The notes under the pieces: model-generated | Told to the model about the DNA's origin: nothing | Databases searched by the model: none | Seen by the model: the letters and a program-made list of their open reading frames with translations, nothing else | Made by a program: the position numbers and the translations under genes | Shown: one piece after another, positions 52,754 through 62,018 of the stretch | Layout of the letters: every line of letters starts with the position of its first letter | Position numbering within the stretch: position 1 is the stretch's first letter | Assembly: GCA_963827235.1 (NCBI GenBank) | Contig: CAWHAE010000014.1 | Span: 288,001 to 352,000, forward strand | Direction: 5' to 3' | DNA length: 64,000 bases | Source: an uncultured bacterium | Lineage (GTDB): Bacteria > Chloroflexota > UBA5177 > JANWHV01

Positions 52754-54457
52754 TCACGTCACGACGATGTCGTGTACGCGGAGCTGCAGCTTCGGCTCAC
52801 CGTCGCGCTCGGCGAGGTCAAGCGTAAAGATGAGATCGACCTCGGCATTCCTGCGCAGAGACTCGGCTACGCGCGCGTGACCGTAGGCGAAGGCATGCAA
52901 TGTCACGTTTCCACGACGCAGAGTCAGTTGCAGATGAGCCCCGCCAACAGATCTGAAGTCACAGACCCGGAGCCGTCGGCAAAGCAACATCGGCCTGCGG
53001 TTACCCGCGCCGTACGGCTCCAGTGCCTGCAGCTGCCAATACAGTTGCCAGTCGATCTCGTATGGGGATACTTCGGCGTCGATGCGCAGCTGTGCCACGG
53101 GGCTCGATGCGCACGCACAGGCGATGTAGTCGCGCAGGCGCTCGACCAGCCCGTCCACGACGCCTGGGACCGCGGTGAACCCGGCCGCCTGCGCGTGTCC
53201 GCCAAACTGGTCGAGCACCTCGCGATTAGCAATCAAGGCGTCGACCATCGAGCACCCGCCCGCAGCGCGTAGAGTACCTCGAACCAAGCCCGCACTCTGG
53301 TGAAACACAAGCGCGGCCACTCCGCATTTCTCCACGAGCTTGCCGGCCACGTATCCCGCGACCGGAGCCTCGGTGCGCTCTATTCGCACGGCAAGTAGGG
53401 AGTCGCAGTTGCCGGCATCTCGCTCGACGGCCTGCAAACAGCGGGTAAGCACCCTCCTACCAAGCTGCTGTCTGTCGAAGAAACGCTGCTCTATCGTCGC
53501 CAAAGCGATCGAAGCCTCCTCGTCCGTGCCGGCCGTTAGCAGTGCATGGCCAACGGAGCTTCCGTTGTGAAAACCGGCCGCGTTCAAGCGTGGGCAAATA
53601 CGGCAACCCACCGCCGTGGACGATATCGAGCCCAGGGACAACCCGGCCTGGGCAGCCAGCATGCGCAGCCCGGGACGTTCTGTGCTATTGAGCACGGCGA
53701 GCCCCTGCCATACCAGTGCCCGGTTCTCGCTGACCAGAGGAACCATGTCTGCTATCGTACCCAGCGCCACCAGATCCAGCAGGCTTCTGGCCCGATCGTC
53801 GGGAAGTCCAGCCGACCGGAACAGTTCCTGGGCAATCTTGAACGCCACGCCAACCCCGGCCAGATCTCTGCAGGGATACTTGCAGCCGGCGCGCTGCGGG
53901 TTTACTACCGCCGCGAGACCCGGCAGCACGGAGCAAGGGGCATGGTGATCGGTGACCAGCAGATCCAGGCCGGCTTGCAGACACAAGGCCACCACACCGG
54001 CATCCGTGATGCTGCAGTCAGCCGTGATAACGAGCGATATGCCGTCGCTCGCAAAGCGCCGGAGGGGCTCGATGTGAACGCCTATGGTCTCCTCGAGCCG
54101 GTTGGGCACATACGGCACGGTGTCGATTCCGAGCATGGTCAATGCTTCGTCGAGCAGCGCTACCGATGTGATTCCGTCTACGTCAGAGTCGCCGTAGATT
54201 GCCACTCGTTCGCGCGCGTCACGGGCCCGCAGCAGCCTCTCCGCCGCCCTGCCAGTATCCTCGAGCAGTCGTGGTTCAAAGATTGGTCCTCTGTCGGGTC
54301 CGAGATACGCCCCGGCCTCCTCGTCGGACGTGTCGCGCGAGTCGAGGATCTGGGCCACGATCGGGTGCGCAATCTCCTGCAGCCGCTGAAGACGCGAAGC
54401 CGCGGCACTTGCGTCGTGAGGAGCTCGCCAGACTGCACGTGTCGCCTGCACAACCAT
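52754..54457 (-). CDS. recJ: RecJ-like ssDNA exonuclease (DHH/DHHA1)
   Basis: YGDSDVDG, TADC, TDHH, LGTIADMVPL, PRLNAAG, FGGHAQAAG, LEPYGAGN. Confidence 0.88.
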   Translation of the reverse strand: MVVQATRAVWRAPHDASAAASRLQRLQEIAHPIVAQILDSRDTSDEEAGAYLGPDRGPIFEPRLLEDTGRAAERLLRARDARERVAIYGDSDVDGITSVALLDEALTMLGIDTVPYVPNRLEETIGVHIEPLRRFASDGISLVITADCSITDAGVVALCLQAGLDLLVTDHHAPCSVLPGLAAVVNPQRAGCKYPCRDLAGVGVAFKIAQELFRSAGLPDDRARSLLDLVALGTIADMVPLVSENRALVWQGLAVLNSTERPGLRMLAAQAGLSLGSISSTAVGCRICPRLNAAGFHNGSSVGHALLTAGTDEEASIALATIEQRFFDRQQLGRRVLTRCLQAVERDAGNCDSLLAVRIERTEAPVAGYVAGKLVEKCGVAALVFHQSAGLVRGTLRAAGGCSMVDALIANREVLDQFGGHAQAAGFTAVPGVVDGLVERLRDYIACACASSPVAQLRIDAEVSPYEIDWQLYWQLQALEPYGAGNRRPMLLCRRLRVCDFRSVGGAHLQLTLRRGNVTLHAFAYGHARVAESLRRNAEVDLIFTLDLAERDGEPKLQLRVHDIVVT

Positions 54458-54620
54458 CCTAACTCTGCGACAGGATTGTCATGTCGCCGAGATAGCAACT
54501 CGCGGCACTCGGTGCCGGCACGTGGGGTCGAAACCAAGCACAACCATGTCTCAAGGAAATTCCTCTCACTTCGGATTGTAAGGTCGCCGCCTCGCCTTCG
54601 CAAGGCCTCTAGTAGGGTAC

Positions 54621-54629
54621 TGCTATAAT
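54621..54629 (+). promoter_or_regulatory. Extended -10 promoter
   Basis: TGcTATAAT upstream of GAAGGAG RBS and ATG 54664. Confidence 0.55.
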
Positions 54630-54663
54630 CAGTTAGGCTGTCGGCCGAAGGAGTTCCTCAGGT

Positions 54664-55116
54664 ATGTCGAGTGATTCTGACGCTCTGGCGATGAACCTGC
54701 AGAATGCCATCACGGCGCTCGCCGATATGGAGAGCCAGCTTCAGACCATCCAGTCGAAGGTGGCCGGCCTTGGGTTCTTCGCCCGTGGCTTCGTCGAGAA
54801 GGACATCAAGGGCGCAACGGGGCGCAGCTTCGCCGAGTGGATCAAGGCGGCAGAGCGAGTGCGGCAGATTCTTGCGCGAGCCGGCAACGGCGACCAGACG
54901 GAAGCCATGCGCGCGATCGGCGACGAATTGCCGCGCGTGGCCGTGCTGCGCGCATATCTCCAGAACGCGCCGAAGAAGCTCAACATGGTTCCCGCCGCGG
55001 TGCTGAAGCCTCAGCAGCGTGCCGTCCTTCTGAGCCAGGTAAGTCTCGAAGATGCCTCTCTTCAGTCTCTGGAGACCTTACTGCGCGACATATCCGCCGC
55101 CCTGCGCGGCGTGTAA
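54664..55116 (+). CDS. Hypothetical all-helical protein
   Basis: RBS GAAGGAG, 150-aa ORF with amphipathic helices, 8 bp upstream of dprA. Confidence 0.7.
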   Translation: MSSDSDALAMNLQNAITALADMESQLQTIQSKVAGLGFFARGFVEKDIKGATGRSFAEWIKAAERVRQILARAGNGDQTEAMRAIGDELPRVAVLRAYLQNAPKKLNMVPAAVLKPQQRAVLLSQVSLEDASLQSLETLLRDISAALRGV

Positions 55117-55124
55117 CCTCGCCG

Positions 55125-56213
55125 ATGCGTTGCGACGCCGGTTACTGGGTGGCCTGGAGCAAGGTCAGCGGCGTCGGGGCCATGCGTGTGCGCCGTTTAT
55201 GGGAGCACTTCGGCGACATGGAGCGAGCATGGCAGGCCGCGCCGGGAGAGTTGTTAGCCGCAGGCCTCGATCAGCGAACAGTGCAGGCTGCCGTGCAGGA
55301 GAGAGCGCTGCTCGATCCGGCGGCCGAGCAGAAGCGGCTCGCTCTCACTGGGGCGGAGCTGGTAACGATCGCCGACCCTGAGTATCCGGCGCTGCTGCGA
55401 ACCGCGGACGGTGGACCGGCCGCCTTGTCGTGGATCGGCACATTGCTGCCGTGCGACGAAGTGGCCATTGCCGTGGTAGGCAGCCGCAGCGTGACGGGGT
55501 ACGGGCGCCAGGCCACCCAGCATCTGGTCGAGGGGCTGGTTCGGAACGGCGTAACCATCGTGAGCGGCCTTGCCAGGGGAGTCGACGCGATAGCCCACAG
55601 ATCGGCGATCGACGCCGGCGGCAGAACGATCGCCGTGCTGGGCTCGGGCATCGATCAGATCTACCCGCCGGAGCATCGGGCTCTAGCCCTCGAGATCACT
55701 CGGCACGGCGCGGTATTCTCCGAGTTCGCAATCGGCACGAAACCCGACGCCATGAACTTTCCCATGCGCAATCGCGTGATTGCCGGTCTCAGTCTGGGCA
55801 CTCTGGTTGTCGAGGCAGGCGACACGAGCGGCGCCTTGATCACCGCTGCCCGGGCGGTGGAGCAGAACCGCGAGGTGTTCGCGGTTCCGGGCAGCATGTT
55901 TGCCCCTCGCTCGGTCGGCACCAATCGCCTGATCCGCCGGGGTGAAGCCAAGCTGGTCTGCTCCGTCGACGATATCCTGGAGGAGCTGCATATCGACGCG
56001 GCGCCTCACCAGATGGCCATGGAGCTGGTGCTGGCTCACGACGGAACCGAGGAGAAGCTGCTCGGCCTTCTCGGCAGCGAGCCCGTGCACGTGGATGCGC
56101 TGACTCGCGCCAGCGACCTGCCTATCAGCGTGGTGAGCAGCACGCTGGCCATGCTCGAGCTGCGCGGCGTCGTGCGCCAGGTCACGCACATGCAGTACGT
56201 CCGCGCGCGTTGA
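55125..56213 (+). CDS. dprA: DNA-processing protein DprA
   Basis: AVVGSR, VSGLARGVD..AH, FPMRNRVIAGLS, EAG..SGALITA, VFAVPG, C-terminal winged helix. Confidence 0.95.
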   Translation: MRCDAGYWVAWSKVSGVGAMRVRRLWEHFGDMERAWQAAPGELLAAGLDQRTVQAAVQERALLDPAAEQKRLALTGAELVTIADPEYPALLRTADGGPAALSWIGTLLPCDEVAIAVVGSRSVTGYGRQATQHLVEGLVRNGVTIVSGLARGVDAIAHRSAIDAGGRTIAVLGSGIDQIYPPEHRALALEITRHGAVFSEFAIGTKPDAMNFPMRNRVIAGLSLGTLVVEAGDTSGALITAARAVEQNREVFAVPGSMFAPRSVGTNRLIRRGEAKLVCSVDDILEELHIDAAPHQMAMELVLAHDGTEEKLLGLLGSEPVHVDALTRASDLPISVVSSTLAMLELRGVVRQVTHMQYVRAR

Positions 56214-56339
56214 GCGTCCGCACGAAGGCCCGCCCGGTTTCGGCCCGGAGCGTCTTGCCCGCCACGCCGTTGACGGGCGCTCTGGAGCCTGCCTGATAAC
56301 CTGGTCCCCTACAGTGCGAGATGACGGTACGATCCTGAA

Positions 56340-58427
56340 TCAGCCGACAAAGGTCGCTGTAGGTGCTCCTGGCGACACGGATGCCTCCGGCGTCGTGTTC
56401 GGCCCGGGTGTGACTGAGCCGCTTGTAGGCAGCGGAGACGGGCTCTCGACCGGCGTTTCCGCGGGCGACACACTCGCAAGCGGCGTTGCCGAGCCGACCT
56501 CCGAGCCGAGATCGGGCGTGGGCGTGTCGGTGCCGGCAGTGACAGAGAGCACCGGCGTGCCGGCCTCAGCGCTGCCGGTAGGCTCGGGCGATCCTGTCGC
56601 AGAGCTCTCCACAGGTGTCGGCGAGCCTCCGCTCGGCGTGGCCGTCCCGAAAGCCGGACTCTCCACAGGCGTCGGCGTATCGGACTCGAGGCCGACCGTC
56701 GGTGTCGGCGTGTCGGCCTCCGGGCTGCTGGGCGCCGTGGGAGTTGCCGACGGCAGTCTGACTATCTCGGCAGTGGGCGACGGTGTATCGGTCGGCGCGA
56801 CCGGCGTCGAGGTGGGCGGCTCGGTCGTAGCGGTGGCCGTGGCCGGCACCGGCGTGTCGGTTGGCGAGAACGAAGGAGTGTCGCTCGGCCTCGGCGTCGC
56901 CGTACGGGTCGGCGGCAGCGTCGGCACCGGCGTGGAAGTATGCGACGGCGTCGCGCTCGCTGTTGCCGTGGATGTGGACGTGGGAGTCGGCGTCACCGTA
57001 GCCGTGTCGGTGTCGCTCGGCGTGGCGGTGGGCGTTCGCGTCAGGGTAGGTATGGGTGTGTCGGTGACAGTCGCCGTGGGAGGCACCGGCGTCATGGTCG
57101 GCGTGAATTGGGCCGACGCGGTGGCCGTGAAGTACAGAATTGGCGTGCTGGTAAGCGTCGCGACGGGTGTCTCCGTGAGTGTCTTGGTCGCTTTCGCCAC
57201 GGTTCTGGTCGGCGTAGCGGTGGCAGTAGGTCGTCGCGTCGCGGTGGGTCGAGGTAGAGGCGTCGAGGTGCGCGTCGGCGTTTGGGCCACGCCCGGTGCA
57301 CCGCCCAGGCTTGGCGAGCCGCCCGAAGCCACCAGCGTCAACACAACGACAATCGCCAGGGCGCCCACCGTGCCAAAGCCGGCCCCGATCAGCGCCGAGC
57401 GACCGCCACCGCGGTGTGCCCGCGGCGCGTTTGCAGGCGTAGCGCCTGCGGGAAGCACGTTCACCGTCTGCGGCGCGGCGGTCACAGGCATGATGCGTGT
57501 GCGTGATGGTCCGGCCGACGTCGATCCGGAAGGCGCCGGTTCGACCGCGGCGGGTGCCGGCTGGGCGACCGGCGGCTCGACGGCCCGCATCACACGCGTG
57601 CTTCCTGAGGCGTGCCCAATAATGCTGCGAAGCGCCTCGGCCACCGCCGAGGCATCGGCGTACCGTTCGGCAGGGTTCTTAGCCAGCAGGCGCAGCACGA
57701 CTGCTTCCAGCATTGGCGGAATGGCGCGATTGAATTGGCGCGGATGCGGCGGAGCGCTCTGCACGTGTTGCATGGCGACGGCGACAGGGTTCTCGGCGTC
57801 GAATGGCAGGCGAGCCGTCAGCATCTCGAACAACGTCACGCCGAGCGCGTAGAGATCGGCGCGCGGGCCTGCCTCCTGGCCGGTGGCCTGTTCGGGAGCC
57901 AGGTAGTGCACGCTACCTAGCACTGTTCCGGTCTGCGTCATGGTCGAGCTGCTGGTGCGGCGGGCAATGCCGAAGTCGGCGACCTTGACCTGCCCACCTT
58001 CGGTCAGCAGAATGTTCTGCGGCTTGATGTCGCGATGAATGAGGTTGTGCGCGTGCGCCGCGCTCAGCGCGGCGCAGACTTCCAGCGCTATGCGAACAGC
58101 CTCGGCTACGGGCAGCGGCCCGCCCTTCTCGATTCGCTCCTTCAGCGACTGCCCGTCGACCAGCTCCATGACGATGAAATACGACGAGCCGTCCTGTCCG
58201 ACGTCGTAGACGCCGACCACGTTCGGGTGCGAGAGGCTGGCGGCCAGACGCGCTTCCAGTTGAAAGCGACGCAAGAAGTCGGCATCGGCCGTGAACTGCG
58301 GCAACAAGATCTTGACCGCGACCCGGCGGCCCAGCCGCAGGTCTTCGGCCTCGTGCACGCGGGCCATGCCGCCTTCGCCCAGGACACGGATCAGACGATA
58401 TCGGCCGCCGAGTACTGCGTCATTCAC
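56340..58427 (-). CDS. Hanks-type Ser/Thr kinase (PknB-like) with TM helix and Thr/Pro/Ser-rich extracellular tail
   Basis: GEGGMA, VAVK, HRDIKPQN, DFG, APE; TM ALIGAGFGTVGALAIVVVLTLV; long TPT-rich tail. Confidence 0.93.
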   Translation of the reverse strand: MNDAVLGGRYRLIRVLGEGGMARVHEAEDLRLGRRVAVKILLPQFTADADFLRRFQLEARLAASLSHPNVVGVYDVGQDGSSYFIVMELVDGQSLKERIEKGGPLPVAEAVRIALEVCAALSAAHAHNLIHRDIKPQNILLTEGGQVKVADFGIARRTSSSTMTQTGTVLGSVHYLAPEQATGQEAGPRADLYALGVTLFEMLTARLPFDAENPVAVAMQHVQSAPPHPRQFNRAIPPMLEAVVLRLLAKNPAERYADASAVAEALRSIIGHASGSTRVMRAVEPPVAQPAPAAVEPAPSGSTSAGPSRTRIMPVTAAPQTVNVLPAGATPANAPRAHRGGGRSALIGAGFGTVGALAIVVVLTLVASGGSPSLGGAPGVAQTPTRTSTPLPRPTATRRPTATATPTRTVAKATKTLTETPVATLTSTPILYFTATASAQFTPTMTPVPPTATVTDTPIPTLTRTPTATPSDTDTATVTPTPTSTSTATASATPSHTSTPVPTLPPTRTATPRPSDTPSFSPTDTPVPATATATTEPPTSTPVAPTDTPSPTAEIVRLPSATPTAPSSPEADTPTPTVGLESDTPTPVESPAFGTATPSGGSPTPVESSATGSPEPTGSAEAGTPVLSVTAGTDTPTPDLGSEVGSATPLASVSPAETPVESPSPLPTSGSVTPGPNTTPEASVSPGAPTATFVG

Positions 58428-58717
58428 GGACTCAAGGGTAGCATGCGCCCGGCCATAACAGCGAATGGTCGTGGAACCACTATCACACGTTTCTCAGGCC
58501 GGGGTCGCCGCTCGCGGGAGTTGAGTCTCGCCGTGTTCGGCTCGCGACGAGACCCCTGTGACCGAACCTTCGCTATCGTGCGCACCTCCGGCGCCAACCC
58601 TGCAGATTCGGGTTCCGGCTCGGCGTAACTCCAGCGGATTCCGGTCGGCTAGCCGTGTCACGGCATCATCATATCCGGGCGGTACATCCGCCCGACGACG
58701 CACGAGCACGCATGCTT

Positions 58718-58744
58718 ATGTGGCCTGCACGAGGCAGGCCACAT
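58718..58744 (-). terminator. Hairpin downstream of recA
   Basis: ATGTGGCCTGC / GCAGGCCACAT 11-bp stem, 5-nt loop; no clear U tract. Confidence 0.5.
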
Positions 58745-58778
58745 GTGCTGATCGCCTCGGAGCAGTGACGGGCCTCGA

Positions 58779-59816
58779 CTATTCGCCCAGTGAGTCGGCG
58801 ATCAGCGGCGCATGGAAGCTGTCCAGGTTGGCTCGAATCTGGCTGTCGATGTCGTCGCGAATCTCGACGTTCTGGCGCAGGAATTCCTTGGCGTTCTCTC
58901 GCCCCTGACCCAGCTTGACGTCTCCGAACGAGTAGAAGGCTCCGCTCTTCTTCAACAGACCGATCTCCAGCCCCACGTCGAGCAGGCCACCCTCCCGTGA
59001 GATGCCCTCGTTGTACATAAGGTCGAACTCGGCGACGCGGAAGGGAGGAGCAACCTTATTCTTGACGACCTTTACCCGGACCCGCCTGCCGATAGACTCG
59101 TTGCCTTGCTTGATCTGGTCGATGGCACGGATATCGAGCCGCACCGAAGCGTAGAACTTGAGGGCTTTCCCACCCGGCGTGGTCTCGGGATTGCCGTACA
59201 CCACGCCGATCTTCTCGCGCAGCTGGTTGATGAAGATAACCAGGCTGTTCGACTTGCTGATCGCCGCTGCCAGCTTGCGCAGAGCCTGCGACATCAGGCG
59301 TGCCTGCGAACCAACGTGCGGATCGCCCATGTCGCCTTCGATCTCGGCGCGGGTGACCAGGGCAGCCACCGAATCGACGACCACGGCGTCGACGGCGCCG
59401 CTGCGAACCAGCACATCCACGATCTCCAGCGCCTGCTCGCCCGTGTCGGGTTGCGAGATAAGCATCTCGTTGACGTTCACACCACAACGCGCGGCATATT
59501 GCGGATCGAGTGCGTGCTCGGCGTCCACGTAGGCGACGACGCCGCCCAGGCGTTGCGCCTCGGCAAGAATGTGTTGCGCCAGCGTGGTCTTGCCCGATGA
59601 TTCGGGGCCAAAGATCTCAATAATGCGTCCGCGCGGCACGCCGCCGATGCCCAGGCTGAGGTCCAGGGCGATAGAGCCGGTCGGGATCGCCTCGACGTTC
59701 ATCTTGGTGACTTCGCCGAGGCGCATGATGGCACCCTTGCCGAACTGCCGGTCGATCTGTGCCATGGCGGTTTCGAGTGCCTTGTCGCGATCCGATTGCT
59801 GAGTTGCAACGGCCAC
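58779..59816 (-). CDS. recA: Recombinase A
   Basis: [42 protein letters not shown]. Confidence 0.99.
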   Translation of the reverse strand: MAVATQQSDRDKALETAMAQIDRQFGKGAIMRLGEVTKMNVEAIPTGSIALDLSLGIGGVPRGRIIEIFGPESSGKTTLAQHILAEAQRLGGVVAYVDAEHALDPQYAARCGVNVNEMLISQPDTGEQALEIVDVLVRSGAVDAVVVDSVAALVTRAEIEGDMGDPHVGSQARLMSQALRKLAAAISKSNSLVIFINQLREKIGVVYGNPETTPGGKALKFYASVRLDIRAIDQIKQGNESIGRRVRVKVVKNKVAPPFRVAEFDLMYNEGISREGGLLDVGLEIGLLKKSGAFYSFGDVKLGQGRENAKEFLRQNVEIRDDIDSQIRANLDSFHAPLIADSLGE

Positions 59817-59834
59817 GGGTTCTCACCTTTCGTT

Positions 59835-59846
59835 GAACGTACGTTC
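59835..59846. promoter_or_regulatory. LexA (Cheo-type) SOS box
   Basis: GAAC-GTAC-GTTC, 18 bp upstream of the recA start. Confidence 0.8.
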
Positions 59847-59881
59847 TAGAATCGCATGGTACCACAGGTATGGGCCTACAC

Positions 59882-60385
59882 TCAATGGGACTGCGATGAT
59901 AGGACCGGCTCGAGGAACAGAAGTGCTTGCCGCGTCGCTTCCCGAATGATCTGGTCGCGGTCTCCCCGCAGCCTCAGCTCTATCGCGTCGTCCCGACCCA
60001 AGCCGCATAACCCGACGTACACAAGCCCCACCGGCTTGGCGACCGAGCCCCCGCCGGGCCCGGCAATTCCGGTCGTCGACACCGCCAGGGCGGCGTGGAA
60101 CCGCTGGCAGGCGCCGCGAGCCATGGCGCGGGCGACTGGCTCGCTGACCGCTCCGTACGCCTCCAATGTCGAGGCCGGCACATCGAGCAGATCGACCTTG
60201 GCCCGGTTGGAATAGGCGACGACGCTTCCCAGATAGACTTCGGAGATGCCCGCCACCTCGGTGAGCAGATGAGCGATCAGGCCGCCGGTACAGGACTCGG
60301 CCGTGCAAATCGTCGACCCTGAGCGGATTGCCGCCACGGCCACTGCCGCCGCGATCTCGGGCAGAGAAGCCGATTCATCGATCAT
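59882..60385 (-). CDS. pncC: CinA C-terminal domain protein (NMN deamidase PncC)
   Basis: TAESCTGG, AYSN..K, GAVS, STTGIAGPGGG...KPVG; upstream of recA. Confidence 0.9.
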   Translation of the reverse strand: MIDESASLPEIAAAVAVAAIRSGSTICTAESCTGGLIAHLLTEVAGISEVYLGSVVAYSNRAKVDLLDVPASTLEAYGAVSEPVARAMARGACQRFHAALAVSTTGIAGPGGGSVAKPVGLVYVGLCGLGRDDAIELRLRGDRDQIIREATRQALLFLEPVLSSQSH

Positions 60386-60594
60386 GTGGCGATGCTACAC
60401 GCCGTGGTTCCGCCGGTCAAATGGGGCCGGCCGTGCGCACGGCCGCGGCCGCGGGTCCCATTGCCGGCCAATGACGCCAGGCTTCGCCGAGGGACTCCCC
60501 GATCGCACGCGGATATGCACTTGGCCCCTGACACGGCGGGCACGGTGACCGCAGAGCGGCAGCAATCCCGACGAACGCTCGGTGAAGCACGCGC

Positions 60595-60623
60595 TTGACA
60601 CTTCCCTGAGCCGCAAGTACGTT
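60595..60623 (+). promoter_or_regulatory. sigma70 promoter for the T-box/cysE transcript
   Basis: TTGACA-17 bp-TACGTT. Confidence 0.65.
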
Positions 60624-60631
60624 ACGAGTAC

Positions 60632-60888
60632 GGCGTTGCAGAAGAAGAGTAGCCGGGTTCCTACCAAACAGAGAGCCGCGGACGGTGTGAGCGCGGTTGG
60701 TCTACGTACCCGGCGAAGTGCCCTTTTGCCGGTGCCACGATCCTGAGAGCCCTAACATGGCGTATGGGTCGTCCGTTCGCGACGGTTATGGTGCGGCGCA
60801 TACTGTGCGCGTGAGAGGCCCGCCGGCCGGCGGGCAACAAAGGTGGAACCACGGGATGGCACCCGCCCTTTGGGGCTGGGTGCTTTTT
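60632..60888 (+). promoter_or_regulatory. T-box riboswitch with Cys (UGC) specifier and terminator
   Basis: AGTA, AGAGAG and GGTGTGA stem-I motifs; GAAG-TGC specifier (60719-21); AAAGGTGGAACCACG T-box (60839-53); GCACCCGCCC/GGGCTGGGTGC stem followed by TTTTT. Confidence 0.88.
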
Positions 60889-60925
60889 CGTTGAAGTGGC
60901 GTGCCATGCCGTTCACAGGGATGCG

Positions 60926-61516
60926 ATGATGCGCGGGATACTCTCTCAGATGCGGAAAGACATTGCCGTCGTGTTCGAGAAGGACCCGGCTGCAAAGAAC
61001 GTAGCCGAAGTTCTCCTCTACCCCGGTCTTCATGCACTCTGGGCATATCGGGTTGCCCACAGGCTTTACGTCAACAACGTACCGTTCTTCCCCCGGCTGA
61101 TAAGCCAGCTGGCCCGGTTGCTCACCGGCGGGATCGAGATCCACCCTGGCGCACAGATCGGCGACCGGTTCTTTATCGACCACGGATCGGGCGTGGTGAT
61201 CGGCGAGACCGCGGAGATTGGCGACAACGTGATGCTCTATCACCAGGTCACGCTTGGCGCCACGGGCTGGTGGAAGGACATGAAATCCGGGCGAGTCAAG
61301 CGCCACCCAACGATTGAGAATGACGTCGTGATCGGATGCGGCGCCAGCATTCTGGGACCGGTCACGATCGGTGCCGGCAGCAAGATCGGCGCCATGGCCC
61401 TGGTTATTGAGAACGTGCCGCCTGGCTCAATCGTGGTCGGCGCGCCTGGCACCGTGCTCAGACGCTCTAAGATGACCGAGGCGGAGGTGGCGGCGACGGC
61501 CAGGCACGTGAGCTGA
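60926..61516 (+). CDS. cysE: Serine O-acetyltransferase
   Basis: [40 protein letters not shown]. Confidence 0.95.
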   Translation: MMRGILSQMRKDIAVVFEKDPAAKNVAEVLLYPGLHALWAYRVAHRLYVNNVPFFPRLISQLARLLTGGIEIHPGAQIGDRFFIDHGSGVVIGETAEIGDNVMLYHQVTLGATGWWKDMKSGRVKRHPTIENDVVIGCGASILGPVTIGAGSKIGAMALVIENVPPGSIVVGAPGTVLRRSKMTEAEVAATARHVS

Positions 61517-61527
61517 GAGTGGCGCCG

Positions 61528-61950
61528 CTAATCGCAGTCTACTGTGGGAATCTGCCCTGTCAGTGCGTCGAAGATGAGCTGCGCTCCCAGGACGGTCGGC
61601 GAAATGGTCTGCAACCCCATTTCCGCGTAGATCTCGCCGCGCAACGGGTCACTGACACGCGATATGACCTTCGGTACCGCGAATATCTCTCGCGCGTATT
61701 GGCTCGCCGTCAGGTTGCGATTGTCGCCGTTGGTGCACGCCACGAAGACGTCCGCCACGGAGACACCAGCATCCAGCAACACGTCGAGGTCGAGCCCGTC
61801 ACCGTGCACTTTCTGGCCTTTGAAACCAGGTCCTAGCCGCGCGAAGGCATCGTTGGAGATATCCAGCACGATCACGTCGTGGCCCTTGGCCTCCATATCC
61901 TTTGCCAATCGCGCACCCATCCGGCCGCAGCCGAGTATGAACACTATCAC
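61528..61950 (-). CDS. Stand-alone TrkA-N (RCK) NAD-binding protein
   Basis: ILGCGRMG, GDGLD..VL..AG, ACTNGDNRN. Confidence 0.88.
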   Translation of the reverse strand: MIVFILGCGRMGARLAKDMEAKGHDVIVLDISNDAFARLGPGFKGQKVHGDGLDLDVLLDAGVSVADVFVACTNGDNRNLTASQYAREIFAVPKVISRVSDPLRGEIYAEMGLQTISPTVLGAQLIFDALTGQIPTVDCD

Positions 61951-62018
61951 AGATTTGCGCTCCCAGAGCACGATGCCATCGCCGCCCCTCACCTTCGTGC
62001 GGATTGCCGGCCCGTACA

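Noticed and set aside
56314-57852. 512-aa plus-strand ORF rich in VGVGV repeats
   Set aside because: It is the antisense shadow of the kinase TPTP tail.
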